A program made the position numbers and the translations under genes. A stretch of 64,000 nt of DNA from a virus (taxonomy: Duplodnaviria; Caudoviricetes). Below, one piece after another: positions 10,501 to 19,469 of the stretch. The notes beneath the pieces were generated by a model that searched no databases, was not told the origin of the DNA, and was given only the letters and a program-made list of their open reading frames with translations. The stretch spans positions 13,829-77,828 of IMG/VR virus record IMGVR_UViG_3300012943_000004, one strand, 5' to 3'. Within the stretch, counting starts at the first letter, position 1; each line of letters starts with the position of its first letter.

Positions 10501-13500
10501 TCTCAAGTGCCCTGGCCTGCTCTTCGTACTTGTCTTTCTGCTGATCCAGCTTCTTGATCTGATCGTCGTAGCCCTTTAGGATCTCACTTCCCGCGCCAGC
10601 CTGACGAAGGTTTTCTTGAGTTCCACGAAGGATCTCCTGAGCCCCATTGATCGAATCAAGCTTGGCCTTAATGTCATCCAAGGAGCCGTACGCCTTGGAC
10701 ATCTTCAGGATAGCAAGATTAAGCTTGTTCTGTGCCTGCTCGTTACGGAAGATCTTATCCTCCATAGCGCCCATTCCCTTGAGCGGAGCGTTAGCATAGT
10801 ACTGGAGCATGTCCTGCGCTTGCGCAAGCTTGTCCTGATAGTCCTGCAGTGTCTTTTGGAGAGCCTCTAGCTTTGCCTGCTCGATAACAAGTCGAGCGTT
10901 AAGCGCATCTACTGCATGCTGCCACTTGGCGACAACTGCAGCCTGTGCATTAATAAGGCCCTGTGTTACCCGCAAGCCTGAATTAATTCGATCTATCTCA
11001 GCTTCGAGTGCCTTGAGAGCCGCAAGGCTCGTCGCGGACGATATAGGTAGCTGTATCGCTTGACCTTGCGAGCCGCCGCCTCCACCGCCACCTCCCGAGA
11101 AGCCTTGCTGCGCAACTTGCTTAAAAGCGCCATGTACTTCCTTAGCGTGACCTTGGGCCTTCTTTGAAGTATCTGCGTGATGCTGCTGTACCTGGCCCAT
11201 TCCCTTCTGAGTGTTCTCAATCAGAGAAGGAGAGTGATGGGCGAACGGGTTGAGGTAACTAAACCACTCATAAACCTGAAGTGCCGCATCACGAACGACT
11301 CGCACAACAGCGATCATTGCGCCTTGAATCGAAACAGGCAAAGACATAAATCGATCGACAATAAAGCCAATCAAATTATCGAAGTAAGAACGAACAGAGT
11401 TAAAGGCTGTTCTGATCCAGTTAATTAGCTGGAAGAATAACTGCGTAATCTTATCCCTGAAAATATACAGAAGACTGACTACGGCGAGGACAGCGTAAGT
11501 CCAAGGACTAGTAAGCACAGCGACTATCGCAGTTCCTACTGCGGCTAGAATCGGCGGGAGACCTGCGTAGATAAGAGCAAGCGAAGCGGTTCCGGCTGCC
11601 CAGATAACCTTTAATGCATTCCACATTCCAGTAGTCGCGGCAAGCATCCAGAGCCTAAACTTCGTAAAAAGACTCAACTGCTCTGTAACGCCTACGATAC
11701 TGATAATTCTTAGCCATGTCCAGGTGGCTGCCCATATTCCCATAAGGGAGGCGCGTAGCGCTCCGAAGATTGCAGGAATTGCACCAAAGCCCGTAAGAAT
11801 TACTCTTACGATTCCAGTTGTAAATAACTGCGTCATAGCAGTAATTGCGATCCAGCCCAACTGCCAGATCTTCCCCCACACCAGCAGCATCTTTTGGAAA
11901 ATACTACCCTGTGCTCCAAGAAGCATGAACTCGAATGCGAGTTGCACGCGAGCCGCAGCAACCATGCCTCGCATGAAAGCCCAGAACGCAATCCATGCAA
12001 CCTCCATAGTCCTAAGCCAAGCAAAAAAAGCAATCCCGGCTGTCCTCATAAATACAAACGCAGCCTGGACTCCCTTTGCGCCAGCCATTGCGACTTTAGG
12101 AAGAAGCTTAAACTTAACAAGCAAAAAATCTAACACAAGCGCTACGCCATTATAGATCCGAACTGCAGATCCCCAAAGTACCTGAACTGCAATGAACTCA
12201 ACAAACGAAGCTATTGCGCCCCCAATTGCAATTCCAAGCTTTACGAAAGCTTTCGCAAGAAGATAGGGAGCAAGAACAATATACTTAATTCCCTCAGCGA
12301 AGGTAACAAACAAAGTGATAAACGAGCCAAGGTAACGAAGAAGTGGTCCGACCACAGCGAGAAGTAGCAGGCTCAATGCGATGAACTTCTGTATCTCAGG
12401 ATTCAACTGACTAAACTTCTGAACCCAACGCTCGATCATTCCTGCAATACCAATAAGGTACGGAAGAAGTGGCGCGATTACATTTGCCATCGCATTCTGA
12501 AGCATAACCCAAATCTGCTTAAGCTTCTGTGGGTTAGACGACAGAACAGTATTGAGCTCTTTCTGAGCGATCGTGAAAACTTGCGCTCGCGTTGCAGTTG
12601 CATTTAATGCTGCTGCGTAATAACTCTGCTTGTCGCCAATAGCATCAAGTAGGGTAGTAAGCTTGTTGACCTGATACCTTCCGGCAATAGTGGAAGCAAT
12701 AGCAAGACGCTGGCCCTCGTTAACTTCCTTCCAGCCGTCCGCCATCTGAATAAGCTTGTCTTGCGCACTTCCTGAACGCCAAGCAACTCCATCAATGTTA
12801 ACTCCGAGAGCTTCTAGAGCCTCATTGACCGCCTTGGTTGGCGCCTCGATTCGACTGATAATAGTCTTAAGGGCGTTACCGGCTTGCGCGGCAGAGCCTG
12901 ACGCGGGAACAAGCGCCGCAATATCTGCACCAAGGTATCGAGTGCTAATTCCAGCCTGCTTCGCAACAGACGCTACGCGAGCAAACGCTGTAATTAAGTC
13001 TGGCATTGTTACAGCAGTTTGGTTCTCAATCGCATTCATCTGTGAGAGAACATAGTTAAGCTGAATAGCACTTAGCTTATACTGTGCCTGAATTGAGATA
13101 AGAGCCTTGGTAGCCTCGACTGCATCCATGTCACCAATAACGATAGCCTTCATCGTTAGTTCCACAGAACGCGCTAAAGCAATTCCAGACGCGCCAGCAG
13201 CCGCCCATGCAGCAGCGATGTCGATAACGTCCTTACGAGACTTACCGTACTTGTTTGAGAGCGCCTCGAACGCATTACCAAGTGCTGTAATCTCGTCGGT
13301 TGCAATCTTTGCTGCCTTATCCTCCGCCATCTGGCGGGAAAGATCTTTGTTCTGCTTCATTAGATAGCGAACGGCCGCAGCCTGGTTACCGTAGACCTTA
13401 GTAAGGTTTGCAGTAGACTTTTCGATATCTAACTGGAACTTAGTCGCAGCTCCTGCAGCAAGCAGGATAGGCAAAGTAAAGTTGTACTGGATCTGTCGAC

Positions 13501-13684
13501 CAGTCCACTGGAGTCTATTTCCGAACTTGAGCAAGTTCGACATCTGGCCTTGCCCAATAATAGGCGTGCGAGAAGCACGAGCCGCAGATGCGGCCACGGC
13601 GTCGGTCTCGGCCTTAATGCCGGCAAGTTTAGCTTGAGCATTAGTGGTTACCGCTCGGACCTGGATGGTCATATAAGAATACAA
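7592..13684 (-). CDS. Tape measure protein with C-terminal NlpC/P60 peptidoglycan peptidase domain
   Basis: 2030 aa; TP901-like core, hydrophobic helical repeats, coiled coil, GKPYLWGGVGPSGYDCSG...GHTAG NlpC/P60 motif. Confidence 0.92.
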   Translation of the reverse strand: MYSYMTIQVRAVTTNAQAKLAGIKAETDAVAASAARASRTPIIGQGQMSNLLKFGNRLQWTGRQIQYNFTLPILLAAGAATKFQLDIEKSTANLTKVYGNQAAAVRYLMKQNKDLSRQMAEDKAAKIATDEITALGNAFEALSNKYGKSRKDVIDIAAAWAAAGASGIALARSVELTMKAIVIGDMDAVEATKALISIQAQYKLSAIQLNYVLSQMNAIENQTAVTMPDLITAFARVASVAKQAGISTRYLGADIAALVPASGSAAQAGNALKTIISRIEAPTKAVNEALEALGVNIDGVAWRSGSAQDKLIQMADGWKEVNEGQRLAIASTIAGRYQVNKLTTLLDAIGDKQSYYAAALNATATRAQVFTIAQKELNTVLSSNPQKLKQIWVMLQNAMANVIAPLLPYLIGIAGMIERWVQKFSQLNPEIQKFIALSLLLLAVVGPLLRYLGSFITLFVTFAEGIKYIVLAPYLLAKAFVKLGIAIGGAIASFVEFIAVQVLWGSAVRIYNGVALVLDFLLVKFKLLPKVAMAGAKGVQAAFVFMRTAGIAFFAWLRTMEVAWIAFWAFMRGMVAAARVQLAFEFMLLGAQGSIFQKMLLVWGKIWQLGWIAITAMTQLFTTGIVRVILTGFGAIPAIFGALRASLMGIWAATWTWLRIISIVGVTEQLSLFTKFRLWMLAATTGMWNALKVIWAAGTASLALIYAGLPPILAAVGTAIVAVLTSPWTYAVLAVVSLLYIFRDKITQLFFQLINWIRTAFNSVRSYFDNLIGFIVDRFMSLPVSIQGAMIAVVRVVRDAALQVYEWFSYLNPFAHHSPSLIENTQKGMGQVQQHHADTSKKAQGHAKEVHGAFKQVAQQGFSGGGGGGGGSQGQAIQLPISSATSLAALKALEAEIDRINSGLRVTQGLINAQAAVVAKWQHAVDALNARLVIEQAKLEALQKTLQDYQDKLAQAQDMLQYYANAPLKGMGAMEDKIFRNEQAQNKLNLAILKMSKAYGSLDDIKAKLDSINGAQEILRGTQENLRQAGAGSEILKGYDDQIKKLDQQKDKYEEQARALEKLQAKLDALQTEAQRLDLVKAMRFDALQRRIDQAANQLKELSFQQIMQGIKKSNQQIDYYSQKVDEASRAVERQQRVVDQLTARRDAYQNKLDDEKKILAALTAQYQKLNKAAGGKKDQSAFDLALNANKGGFPAVGGTGTALRKNWKSQVPQIDKFTDQLNKQLEGSFGDLNPFAPFKQYWTDAVDWISKNITPAVTGWMDKIESRSHSFGSPFKGLGDNLNESLAKAAPPVKYFSNLLGFIWKIVGPGIIDTLQIIGDKLVKFFMEVGPELARVQESFKNLIPALQHLWFVFKIVFAAALASVVVFAAAVLWAFNKVIGPALDIIIINIKFFARIIVDVFNIIIDLLAGDFAGAWDNLFDLMIAPFQYFYDSLKAILKLIWAILWAFIKPLLAAFKWLAGRIKDVILGVLNWLNDTWSRWRRTILGIISLAVHGVIGWFVWMYNRLVAIVRPAVNFVITWFDRIRNFILSTLPQAFMNGVGLILGYLRNLWQTIASIWTDHISHTLNAVASFVTDRLPRVFRDAVAAIKGHWNDLRSILESPLKFFINTVYDEGVVPIVNRIISVFSLGKVDQALDKIYPLGHAAGGMLDLKSGGRIPGSGFKDSQLGMFMPNEYVIKQKATRRLQKERPGFLDALNTGRYVPAFAHGGDTGGSGGTGGFAYSDAQAFAKQQVGKPYLWGGVGPSGYDCSGFMSALTNVMRGEYPYSRLGSTASMPWAGFQPGPGFFTIAWTPDWSMSGIGHTAGNIMGLNVESYGGHGPAVGSGARSPLDPYFTQMMHLGPATSQFLHMSSGGSTKGWDTIKNLIGLPKEFLGLIDKAHDGLDDMPGLFPKQIMGMTSDMVHMGYPVIKNAVSQAVGDIAHSPLGIGVVEGFKHLFHFDKGGYMPPGLAYNGTSGVEPVFTTNQWGTLRRIVNRGALDSEERFNAPSRSGGNTFIFNGDLSFPNIESGKDAKEFVRNLKVLAGGKQ

Positions 13685-13748
13685 GACTTACCTGTCCGAT
13701 CTTAGAAGATCTTTATGGACCTCTTGTGTCCGAATGACTTGTACAGCA

Positions 13749-13793
13749 TAGAGCGCGTTCCCGGCATATGTCCAGCACCGGGAACGCGCTCTA
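13749..13793. terminator. Perfect 16-bp inverted repeat between the tail chaperone and tape measure genes
   Basis: TAGAGCGCGTTCCCGG (13749-13764) / CCGGGAACGCGCTCTA (13778-13793); no clear U-tract on the coding strand. Confidence 0.55.
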
Positions 13794-13798
13794 ATGAA

Positions 13799-14544
13799 TC
13801 AATGCGGCCTTGATCCGCCTCTGCCCATCCTTGCGTTCCTCTTTGACTCCTCTGCCTTGCGCTGCTTTTCATCTTCAGCGGCACGTTCCATAAGAACGTA
13901 ATATGCCTTCTCTACGAAATCAGGATGCTGATCATAGAGTCCACCGGCTGCAGGAAGATGTCTCCAGCTAGTTAAGTCACAGAGAGTAAATATTCTAAAG
14001 AACGGATGAGGTCTACCTGGGATTTCTTTTCCGCGAACAAAGAGATCTACTTGTTCGCGGAACCAGATTCCCCCGCTTCTCGGTCAATCGCCTGCTGAAG
14101 GAGGTCTTGGAGCTCTTCGATCTGCTCTCGAATCATATCGGCTGTCATGTCACCCTGAATCCAGGGGTTCGCCTTACGAATCGCCATCTCCAACTTTTCG
14201 ACCAGAGCGACCGGGGCCGTCTCGAGCCACTTGCGAAGCATCTGTTTACTGAACAGAATCGCCTCGCCGCCCTTATAAAGATTCCAGCCAGTAACGCTGG
14301 TCTCAATAAGTGCGTGACGCTCCTTGCCTGGGTCCATCTTGATTTGCGAGTTACCGCCTCGAGTCATTGTAACGTCGACGCGGTTCTTACTCTGATACTC
14401 GGTCTTCTGGCCTTCATTCATCACCTGAATGATGAAGTACTGCTTTCCGTCAGGAAGCATATGCTTTGCGGTCTCGTCTGTGCCCCAATAGTCCACGTAC
14501 TCGACTACAACTTCATCCTGCAGCAAGCCTGGTGCTTCAGTCAT
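13799..14544 (-). CDS. Tail assembly chaperone, long form made by a -1 programmed frameshift
   Basis: After GGGGGAA the -1 frame reads GIWFREQVDLFVRGKEIPGRPHPFFRIFTLCDLTSWRHLPAAGGLYDQHPDFVEKAYYVL... to TGA at 13801-13799; LP..GG..DQ is typical of these extensions. Confidence 0.85.
14029..14074 (-). other. -1 ribosomal frameshift signal (slippery heptamer plus 12-bp hairpin)
   Basis: G GGG GAA at 14074-14068, a 5-nt spacer, then stem UUCCGCGAACAA/UUGUUCGCGGAA (14062-14029). Confidence 0.85.
14047..14544 (-). CDS. Tail assembly chaperone, short form
   Basis: 165 aa between the tail tube and tape measure genes. Confidence 0.85.
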   Translation of the reverse strand: MTEAPGLLQDEVVVEYVDYWGTDETAKHMLPDGKQYFIIQVMNEGQKTEYQSKNRVDVTMTRGGNSQIKMDPGKERHALIETSVTGWNLYKGGEAILFSKQMLRKWLETAPVALVEKLEMAIRKANPWIQGDMTADMIREQIEELQDLLQQAIDREAGESGSANK

Positions 14545-14598
14545 GTCCTGTGCCCCTTTCGATGGGCTATTTGGATTTTCGCTTTAGTTTTCATGGAA

Positions 14599-14645
14599 CA
14601 TCCCATCGACTAGACTCCAGCGATACGAGCCTAGCCGATGGGATG
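14599..14645 (-). terminator. Hairpin immediately after the major tail gene
   Basis: CATCCCATCG (14599-14608) / CGATGGGATG (14636-14645) plus an inner CTAG/CTAG. Confidence 0.5.
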
Positions 14646-14648
14646 CGC

Positions 14649-15671
14649 TTACGCGATAGTGTCTGCACCACTTCTTACAGTAACCGTTGCCGCCGGAGTG
14701 GCAACGGCAGGACGAAGTGCCCGCCAGGTGATGTCTGACTCGATAACATCGTCGCCAGAAGGACCGAACGCGAAAGGCTCTAGAGCAACCTTCGGCATAG
14801 TAAGCGTAAGGACTTCCTTCGTTCCAGCTGGAGTCGCGCCTACAATGTCCTCGTAGGTAGTACAGGTGACAATCAACTGATTCTTGGTAGTAAGACCGCC
14901 TGGTGAGGTAGCTGCCGTAGTACCATAAACAGCCTGTCGCCACAAGTCCGAATCCTGCGGACGAATATGAACCGTGCCTGTGATCTCACGACGCATGGCC
15001 GTAAGGTCACCCAGGTAGAACGAACCTAGCCTGTAGTCGTCGTCTGAGAAGTTGTTGTTCAAGTCCCAGGCAAAAGACTTTGCAGGCAGCGTGACGCCAT
15101 TGTAAGTAACCGTAATGTTTGTACCTACGGTCAAGAACGAGTCGTCCCACATAGGAGTCAGCGTAGGCGTGATTCCTGCAACCTGCTTTCGAGCAATAAC
15201 TCCCGCAGTCCCCATGAGGAACCCGTTTGCATCTGCCTCGAAATGCAGTGTGTTCACTACACCGTCTGTGTAGTTGTAACACTCAAGATGTGTTGCAGCT
15301 CCGCCGATAGACTCCTGGATAGCAAGGAACGGAAGTGTCGCAGAGTCTTTCGGAGTGATGGTATGAACCGTAGCGCCAGTTGTGGTTACGCTCGACGCCT
15401 GTCCCATCGCGGCCTTCAGAAGGGTTGTGATGCCCTCCATGCGAACGTAGTACTCAAGATCGCCAGACCAGTGAACAGCTCCCAGGTAAGCGTCAACGAC
15501 ATCCCTGCCGCCGCCAATCTCAGGATCCGTAATCAGAAGGTCTCGGTTCGGTCCAAGTGACCCCGAACGAAGCTTCATCGCAGTGTTGTTTGCGTCGAAC
15601 GCAACCGGGAAAGTGTCTGGTGAAGCCTGCGTCATAAATGCGACTTGACCGGCTTGCGAAGAGAATCCCAT
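14649..15671 (-). CDS. Major tail (tube) protein
   Basis: 340 aa; tail tube motifs (YNYTDGVVNTLHFEAD, WDLNNNFSDD, REITGTV) and position. Confidence 0.85.
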   Translation of the reverse strand: MGFSSQAGQVAFMTQASPDTFPVAFDANNTAMKLRSGSLGPNRDLLITDPEIGGGRDVVDAYLGAVHWSGDLEYYVRMEGITTLLKAAMGQASSVTTTGATVHTITPKDSATLPFLAIQESIGGAATHLECYNYTDGVVNTLHFEADANGFLMGTAGVIARKQVAGITPTLTPMWDDSFLTVGTNITVTYNGVTLPAKSFAWDLNNNFSDDDYRLGSFYLGDLTAMRREITGTVHIRPQDSDLWRQAVYGTTAATSPGGLTTKNQLIVTCTTYEDIVGATPAGTKEVLTLTMPKVALEPFAFGPSGDDVIESDITWRALRPAVATPAATVTVRSGADTIA

Positions 15672-15672
15672 C

Positions 15673-16164
15673 TTACTTCACCCCTCCCTTTCCGAAACCT
15701 TGTTCACGCGGAGGCCGATGAGTCGTCGGAGGATGAGTCGTCGGAGGATGGCCCTGCTCGGTGGTGGGCGGATCTCCCTGCTCTGTCGTCGGAGGATGGC
15801 CCTGCTCGGTAGTGGGCGGATCTCCCTGCTCGGTAGTGGGCGGATCTCCCTGCTCGGTAGTGGGCGGATCTCCCTGCTCGGTAGTGGGCGGATCTCCCTG
15901 CTCGTTCGTAATTGCGCTTTCGGTCACTGCAGTCTTCGCCTTCTCCTCGTCGAGCTCCTTCTTGAGCCGCCCGATCTCTGTATCAAGGCGAGCCGCATCT
16001 GCAACACGCGAGGCAGCCTCGATATTCACTGACTGCTTCGCCTGCTCGCCTGCGATCTGCTTGCGAAGATCCTCTGCCTCTGCGCGCTTCGCGTCAAGGA
16101 CATCTTCGGATGAAGTGCCATCAACAGCGGCGTCGCCAGGAGTTTCGTCTTTAGTTTCTGACAT
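15673..16164 (-). CDS. Hypothetical coiled-coil protein with C-terminal EQG(D/H)PPTT tandem repeats
   Basis: 163 aa ORF between the tail terminator and tail tube genes. Confidence 0.7.
   Translation of the reverse strand: MSETKDETPGDAAVDGTSSEDVLDAKRAEAEDLRKQIAGEQAKQSVNIEAASRVADAARLDTEIGRLKKELDEEKAKTAVTESAITNEQGDPPTTEQGDPPTTEQGDPPTTEQGDPPTTEQGHPPTTEQGDPPTTEQGHPPTTHPPTTHRPPREQGFGKGGVK
15716..15905 (-). repeat. 24-bp tandem repeat (about 7 units) plus two 15-bp units, in frame
   Basis: Unit GGTAGTGGGCGGATCTCCCTGCTC on the plus strand, repeated with few substitutions. Confidence 0.9.
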
Positions 16165-16665
16165 CTACTGTACCACCGTTTCTACCCAAAACTCGAGTGT
16201 CGAGAGAAAGATGAAAGTTCCACCTATCTCGTTGTTGATATACCGCTGTTGATTAACTCCCCATCGCATCGGTCGCTCGGTATTCAGTCCGTCTGTTACT
16301 ACAAGCTGTGGTAACTCTACAGCAATTGTAGAACTACGGTAAAGGATCGACCGTATCATGTTCGCTAAAATCGCATGTACAGCAAGTCCTATTTCTTCAT
16401 CCCCATGAGAAACCAATCCTTGAACACCAACATTATACCTTCCCAAAGTTGGCTCATGCGGATTCCTGTGACCCATCTCAAGAGACTCGTCATTCGGAGT
16501 CCACATAGTAGAAAAGATACCAATAGACTGGTTTGGGTCAGTAGCTCGAAGAGGACGCTTTTTGATCGTTGTATCTGATGGATCAATAACGCCCAGCTCG
16601 TCGACAAGTAACGAGACGATGTTGTTAGGAAAGACTACTGTAGACTCAGATAGCAACTGACTCAC
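16165..16665 (-). CDS. Tail terminator / completion protein
   Basis: 166 aa; position before the tail tube gene. Confidence 0.55.
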   Translation of the reverse strand: MSQLLSESTVVFPNNIVSLLVDELGVIDPSDTTIKKRPLRATDPNQSIGIFSTMWTPNDESLEMGHRNPHEPTLGRYNVGVQGLVSHGDEEIGLAVHAILANMIRSILYRSSTIAVELPQLVVTDGLNTERPMRWGVNQQRYINNEIGGTFIFLSTLEFWVETVVQ

Positions 16666-17170
16666 CCATCAAGATATGCTTTACGAGAGCAAGTTGCATG
16701 TATATCATATCAGCCTCGTTCATTCCTAAAACGGGTCGAGCAACTGTTCTAGGATTAGAAGAACCTGTCTGAGCTGTTTTCATCTTATCTCGAATAGTCC
16801 TCTTTGTGGACGGACGAGCTGGATACTGCATCTGAGCGCCAAGATCATTCGGGCGAACAAGAGCGTTCGATCCAATGATGTAATTCTCAAGTTCGTGAGT
16901 ACGAACGTTAATTGGATGATCTGGCCCTACGTTCCAGTCTGGATTTCCAGCACGAATAGCCTGCGTAGCAGGCTTAAGCGGCTCCCACTTGCCTGAAACG
17001 TCGTCTCCCTCGTCCTCGAACCTCTCCTTGGCTCTGTCCTTTAAATACGGAACCATGACTACACTCATGAAAGCAGACATGCCTTCAGGAGAGAGGGCGC
17101 CCGTAATCCCAATAAGACTTTTTTGGAGTTCTTTATCTAAGACCTCAACAAGGAGTCCTACGTTAACCAT
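16646..17170 (-). CDS. Virion morphogenesis / neck protein (Mu gpG-like)
   Basis: ERFEDEGDDVSGKWEPLKPAT and ARPVLGM motifs. Confidence 0.7.
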   Translation of the reverse strand: MVNVGLLVEVLDKELQKSLIGITGALSPEGMSAFMSVVMVPYLKDRAKERFEDEGDDVSGKWEPLKPATQAIRAGNPDWNVGPDHPINVRTHELENYIIGSNALVRPNDLGAQMQYPARPSTKRTIRDKMKTAQTGSSNPRTVARPVLGMNEADMIYMQLALVKHILMGESVAI

Positions 17171-17703
17171 CAGACGCCACTCTCTACAGTCTGAATTGGC
17201 GGATTATGATAACCTTCGCGAGGAGCATAAGGCCCCAATGGCGCATAAGGCCCACGTACCTCGTTCCAGGTTACCTGCTGATAAAAGCCCTCTACCAACG
17301 ACTCGGGATCCTGCTGAAGAATGATCAGCTTGTCCGGGAGGCCTTCTTCGTCCAGAGGAACGGCTCCCCTGAGCGGGAACGATCCGTCAAGTACCTTCAT
17401 CAATAAAGACATTCCCTCGTCAAAGAGGGACTTTCCATATTTATGAAGGTCCATGTCTTCTGATTTAGCTGCCATGTCCATAAGCAGCCTGCCAGAAGCG
17501 ATCAGAGAATTAATCTGACGAAGCAGGACGACAGTGGAATGCGTCTGAGGTGTATCGCTAATAACAATTGGAGTCTCATAAAGTTGCCCAAGCTGGACAT
17601 CCATCTGCTCGGATACAGTTGTGATGGTATTCGAGCCGTCCCCCAACCTCGGAGGAAGGGGAATGTCTCCAATTGTTAAATCTGATACCTCAGCGTATGC
17701 CAC
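17170..17703 (-). CDS. Head-tail adaptor (Mu gp36-like)
   Basis: MAYAEVSDL N-terminus and position after the capsid gene. Confidence 0.65.
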   Translation of the reverse strand: MAYAEVSDLTIGDIPLPPRLGDGSNTITTVSEQMDVQLGQLYETPIVISDTPQTHSTVVLLRQINSLIASGRLLMDMAAKSEDMDLHKYGKSLFDEGMSLLMKVLDGSFPLRGAVPLDEEGLPDKLIILQQDPESLVEGFYQQVTWNEVRGPYAPLGPYAPREGYHNPPIQTVESGV

Positions 17704-17725
17704 TGTCGCCCTGTCGCTCGTCTAC

Positions 17726-18121
17726 TTACTGAAGACCAGAAAGATCGTCTGTATCTTCAGTGTCGTCCTCGTCGGACGCTTCTACTGCTGTCGGAGCGTT
17801 GCGCTCCTCCCAGGCTTCGTAGTCGTACGGCTTCTGAGACTCCTTGAACTTAGCCTCAGCTAACGCCTCGGGAGAATCACCAGTAGCCGCGTAAGGCTTC
17901 TGAGTCGGATCTCCGTATCCGGCGTACTCAGGAGAAACTCCGACATAAGCATCAGTGTCATTATCCTCGACACCGAAGTTACGAGCGTTGCCGTCGTCCT
18001 CTTCGACATGCGTACCGTCTACAACGTGCTTCGCACGAGTAGATTCGTAGTCACGCTTCTGCAGCGCCCGGAGGGACTGCGTAGAAGTCGGCTCTGTGTA
18101 AACTGCCCTCTTTGCGGTCAT
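17726..18121 (-). CDS. Hypothetical acidic protein
   Basis: 131 aa with GGAGG RBS, following the capsid gene. Confidence 0.7.
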   Translation of the reverse strand: MTAKRAVYTEPTSTQSLRALQKRDYESTRAKHVVDGTHVEEDDGNARNFGVEDNDTDAYVGVSPEYAGYGDPTQKPYAATGDSPEALAEAKFKESQKPYDYEAWEERNAPTAVEASDEDDTEDTDDLSGLQ

Positions 18122-18132
18122 TTCGCCTCCTC

Positions 18133-19464
18133 TTAGGTGAGCTTCGCGTTGACTGCGTAGGTGTACTCCATGTGCGGATACACCGGGAACGCCTTGATGC
18201 CGTTACCCTTATCGTAGCCCCAAGGATCGGTACGGCTCTTCTCCCACTCGTAGAAGCCAGGCTCCCAATTGCCCTCGGGGTGAGGACTCGTAAGAGTCTT
18301 CGCAAAGCCGATATCGGTGTCATCGAACTCGCTCACCGAAGCCGCAGACGGCAGGAACACCATCTCGTCGTTCGGGAAGAAGCGGTTACTGGTAACCGTG
18401 TTAGATCCGACTGGCCGCGTACGATACACGGAGTCGTAAATAACAAACTCAATACCAGTCGCATTCGTAATGACATCGAGTGCGGCCTGCGGACCCCAAC
18501 CATCCAGGAGATAGTGGAGGTTCGGCATCTGTGGTGCGCCAGCCGGATCGTAACGAGCGCCAAGGCCCGCACGCTGGCTAAACTGAGCGGAGTTGACCAT
18601 CTTCCGAGACACGGCCTTGGTCGTGAGAACACGATCAAGGACAATGCCGTAAGTGTCAAAGAAGAACTGCTTGATGTCGAGGAAGAATCCGATTGGATCG
18701 TGAGTAGTCGTACTCACGTCCCAAACTCCATCCACGACATGCGGAGCGAAGTCGTTCGCAGCGTTACCGTTTGACTGAGAAGCAGGACGCCCGTAATCAA
18801 CGGTAAACTTGATCTTTCCGTCGTTGTAGGCGATGACGCCCGCAGAAAGGGCAGTCATAATCAGCAACTCAAGACGGTTGTCAAGCTTCCGCTTACGAAG
18901 CTGCTCGTCCTTAGCCAACTTCGTTGCCCAATCTTCGAGCGCCGAAGTAACGTAGATCGGAAGGTTGCCGCCCTGGCCCTGCATGATCTCCAGGATACGA
19001 CTCGCCTCGCGGTAACGGTTGACGTCAGAAGGCGCGTAACGATCCTTCGTTGACCAGTCGATAACGCTTGCGCGACCCGTACCGGCAAACGCTTCGTCCT
19101 TCTGCGACAGCTCAGCCTCGGCGTCCTCTGCGCGAGCAGGCGCAAGGCCGTCGGTTGCAACAGGAAGGTAGTCAAAGACAACCTCATCAGTTGCAACCTC
19201 AAGGAACGGCGCGATCTGCGCCAGTCCGATATGCGTGTCAGGCAGAAGGAAGTTGCGAATAGAGCCAAGCGAAACTTCCTTGCGAATCAGTCGATCAAGA
19301 CCGATTGCGCTAGCGAACTCCATGCGCCCTGCGTCGTTCCCCGAGAATGCCTCGAGGAGCTGATCCAGCGCGCTGCCCTTCTCGATACTGTCACCAGCCT
19401 GCGCAAACATGCCTAGAAGGTCGTCGGCACTCGCGCGACTAAAGCGCTTAATACTCATTGTCAA
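18133..19464 (-). CDS. Major capsid protein (lambda gpE-like family)
   Basis: 443 aa; LAPARAEDAEAEL, KIKFTVDYGRP, KAFPVYP motifs; follows the decoration gene. Confidence 0.88.
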   Translation of the reverse strand: MTMSIKRFSRASADDLLGMFAQAGDSIEKGSALDQLLEAFSGNDAGRMEFASAIGLDRLIRKEVSLGSIRNFLLPDTHIGLAQIAPFLEVATDEVVFDYLPVATDGLAPARAEDAEAELSQKDEAFAGTGRASVIDWSTKDRYAPSDVNRYREASRILEIMQGQGGNLPIYVTSALEDWATKLAKDEQLRKRKLDNRLELLIMTALSAGVIAYNDGKIKFTVDYGRPASQSNGNAANDFAPHVVDGVWDVSTTTHDPIGFFLDIKQFFFDTYGIVLDRVLTTKAVSRKMVNSAQFSQRAGLGARYDPAGAPQMPNLHYLLDGWGPQAALDVITNATGIEFVIYDSVYRTRPVGSNTVTSNRFFPNDEMVFLPSAASVSEFDDTDIGFAKTLTSPHPEGNWEPGFYEWEKSRTDPWGYDKGNGIKAFPVYPHMEYTYAVNAKLT

Positions 19465-19469
19465 CTCCC

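Noticed and set aside
15716-15905. CRISPR array
   Set aside because: The units are contiguous with no unique spacers and are in frame in a protein; no cas genes are present
18112-18774. 220-aa plus-strand ORF opposite the capsid gene
   Set aside because: Antisense shadow of the major capsid gene
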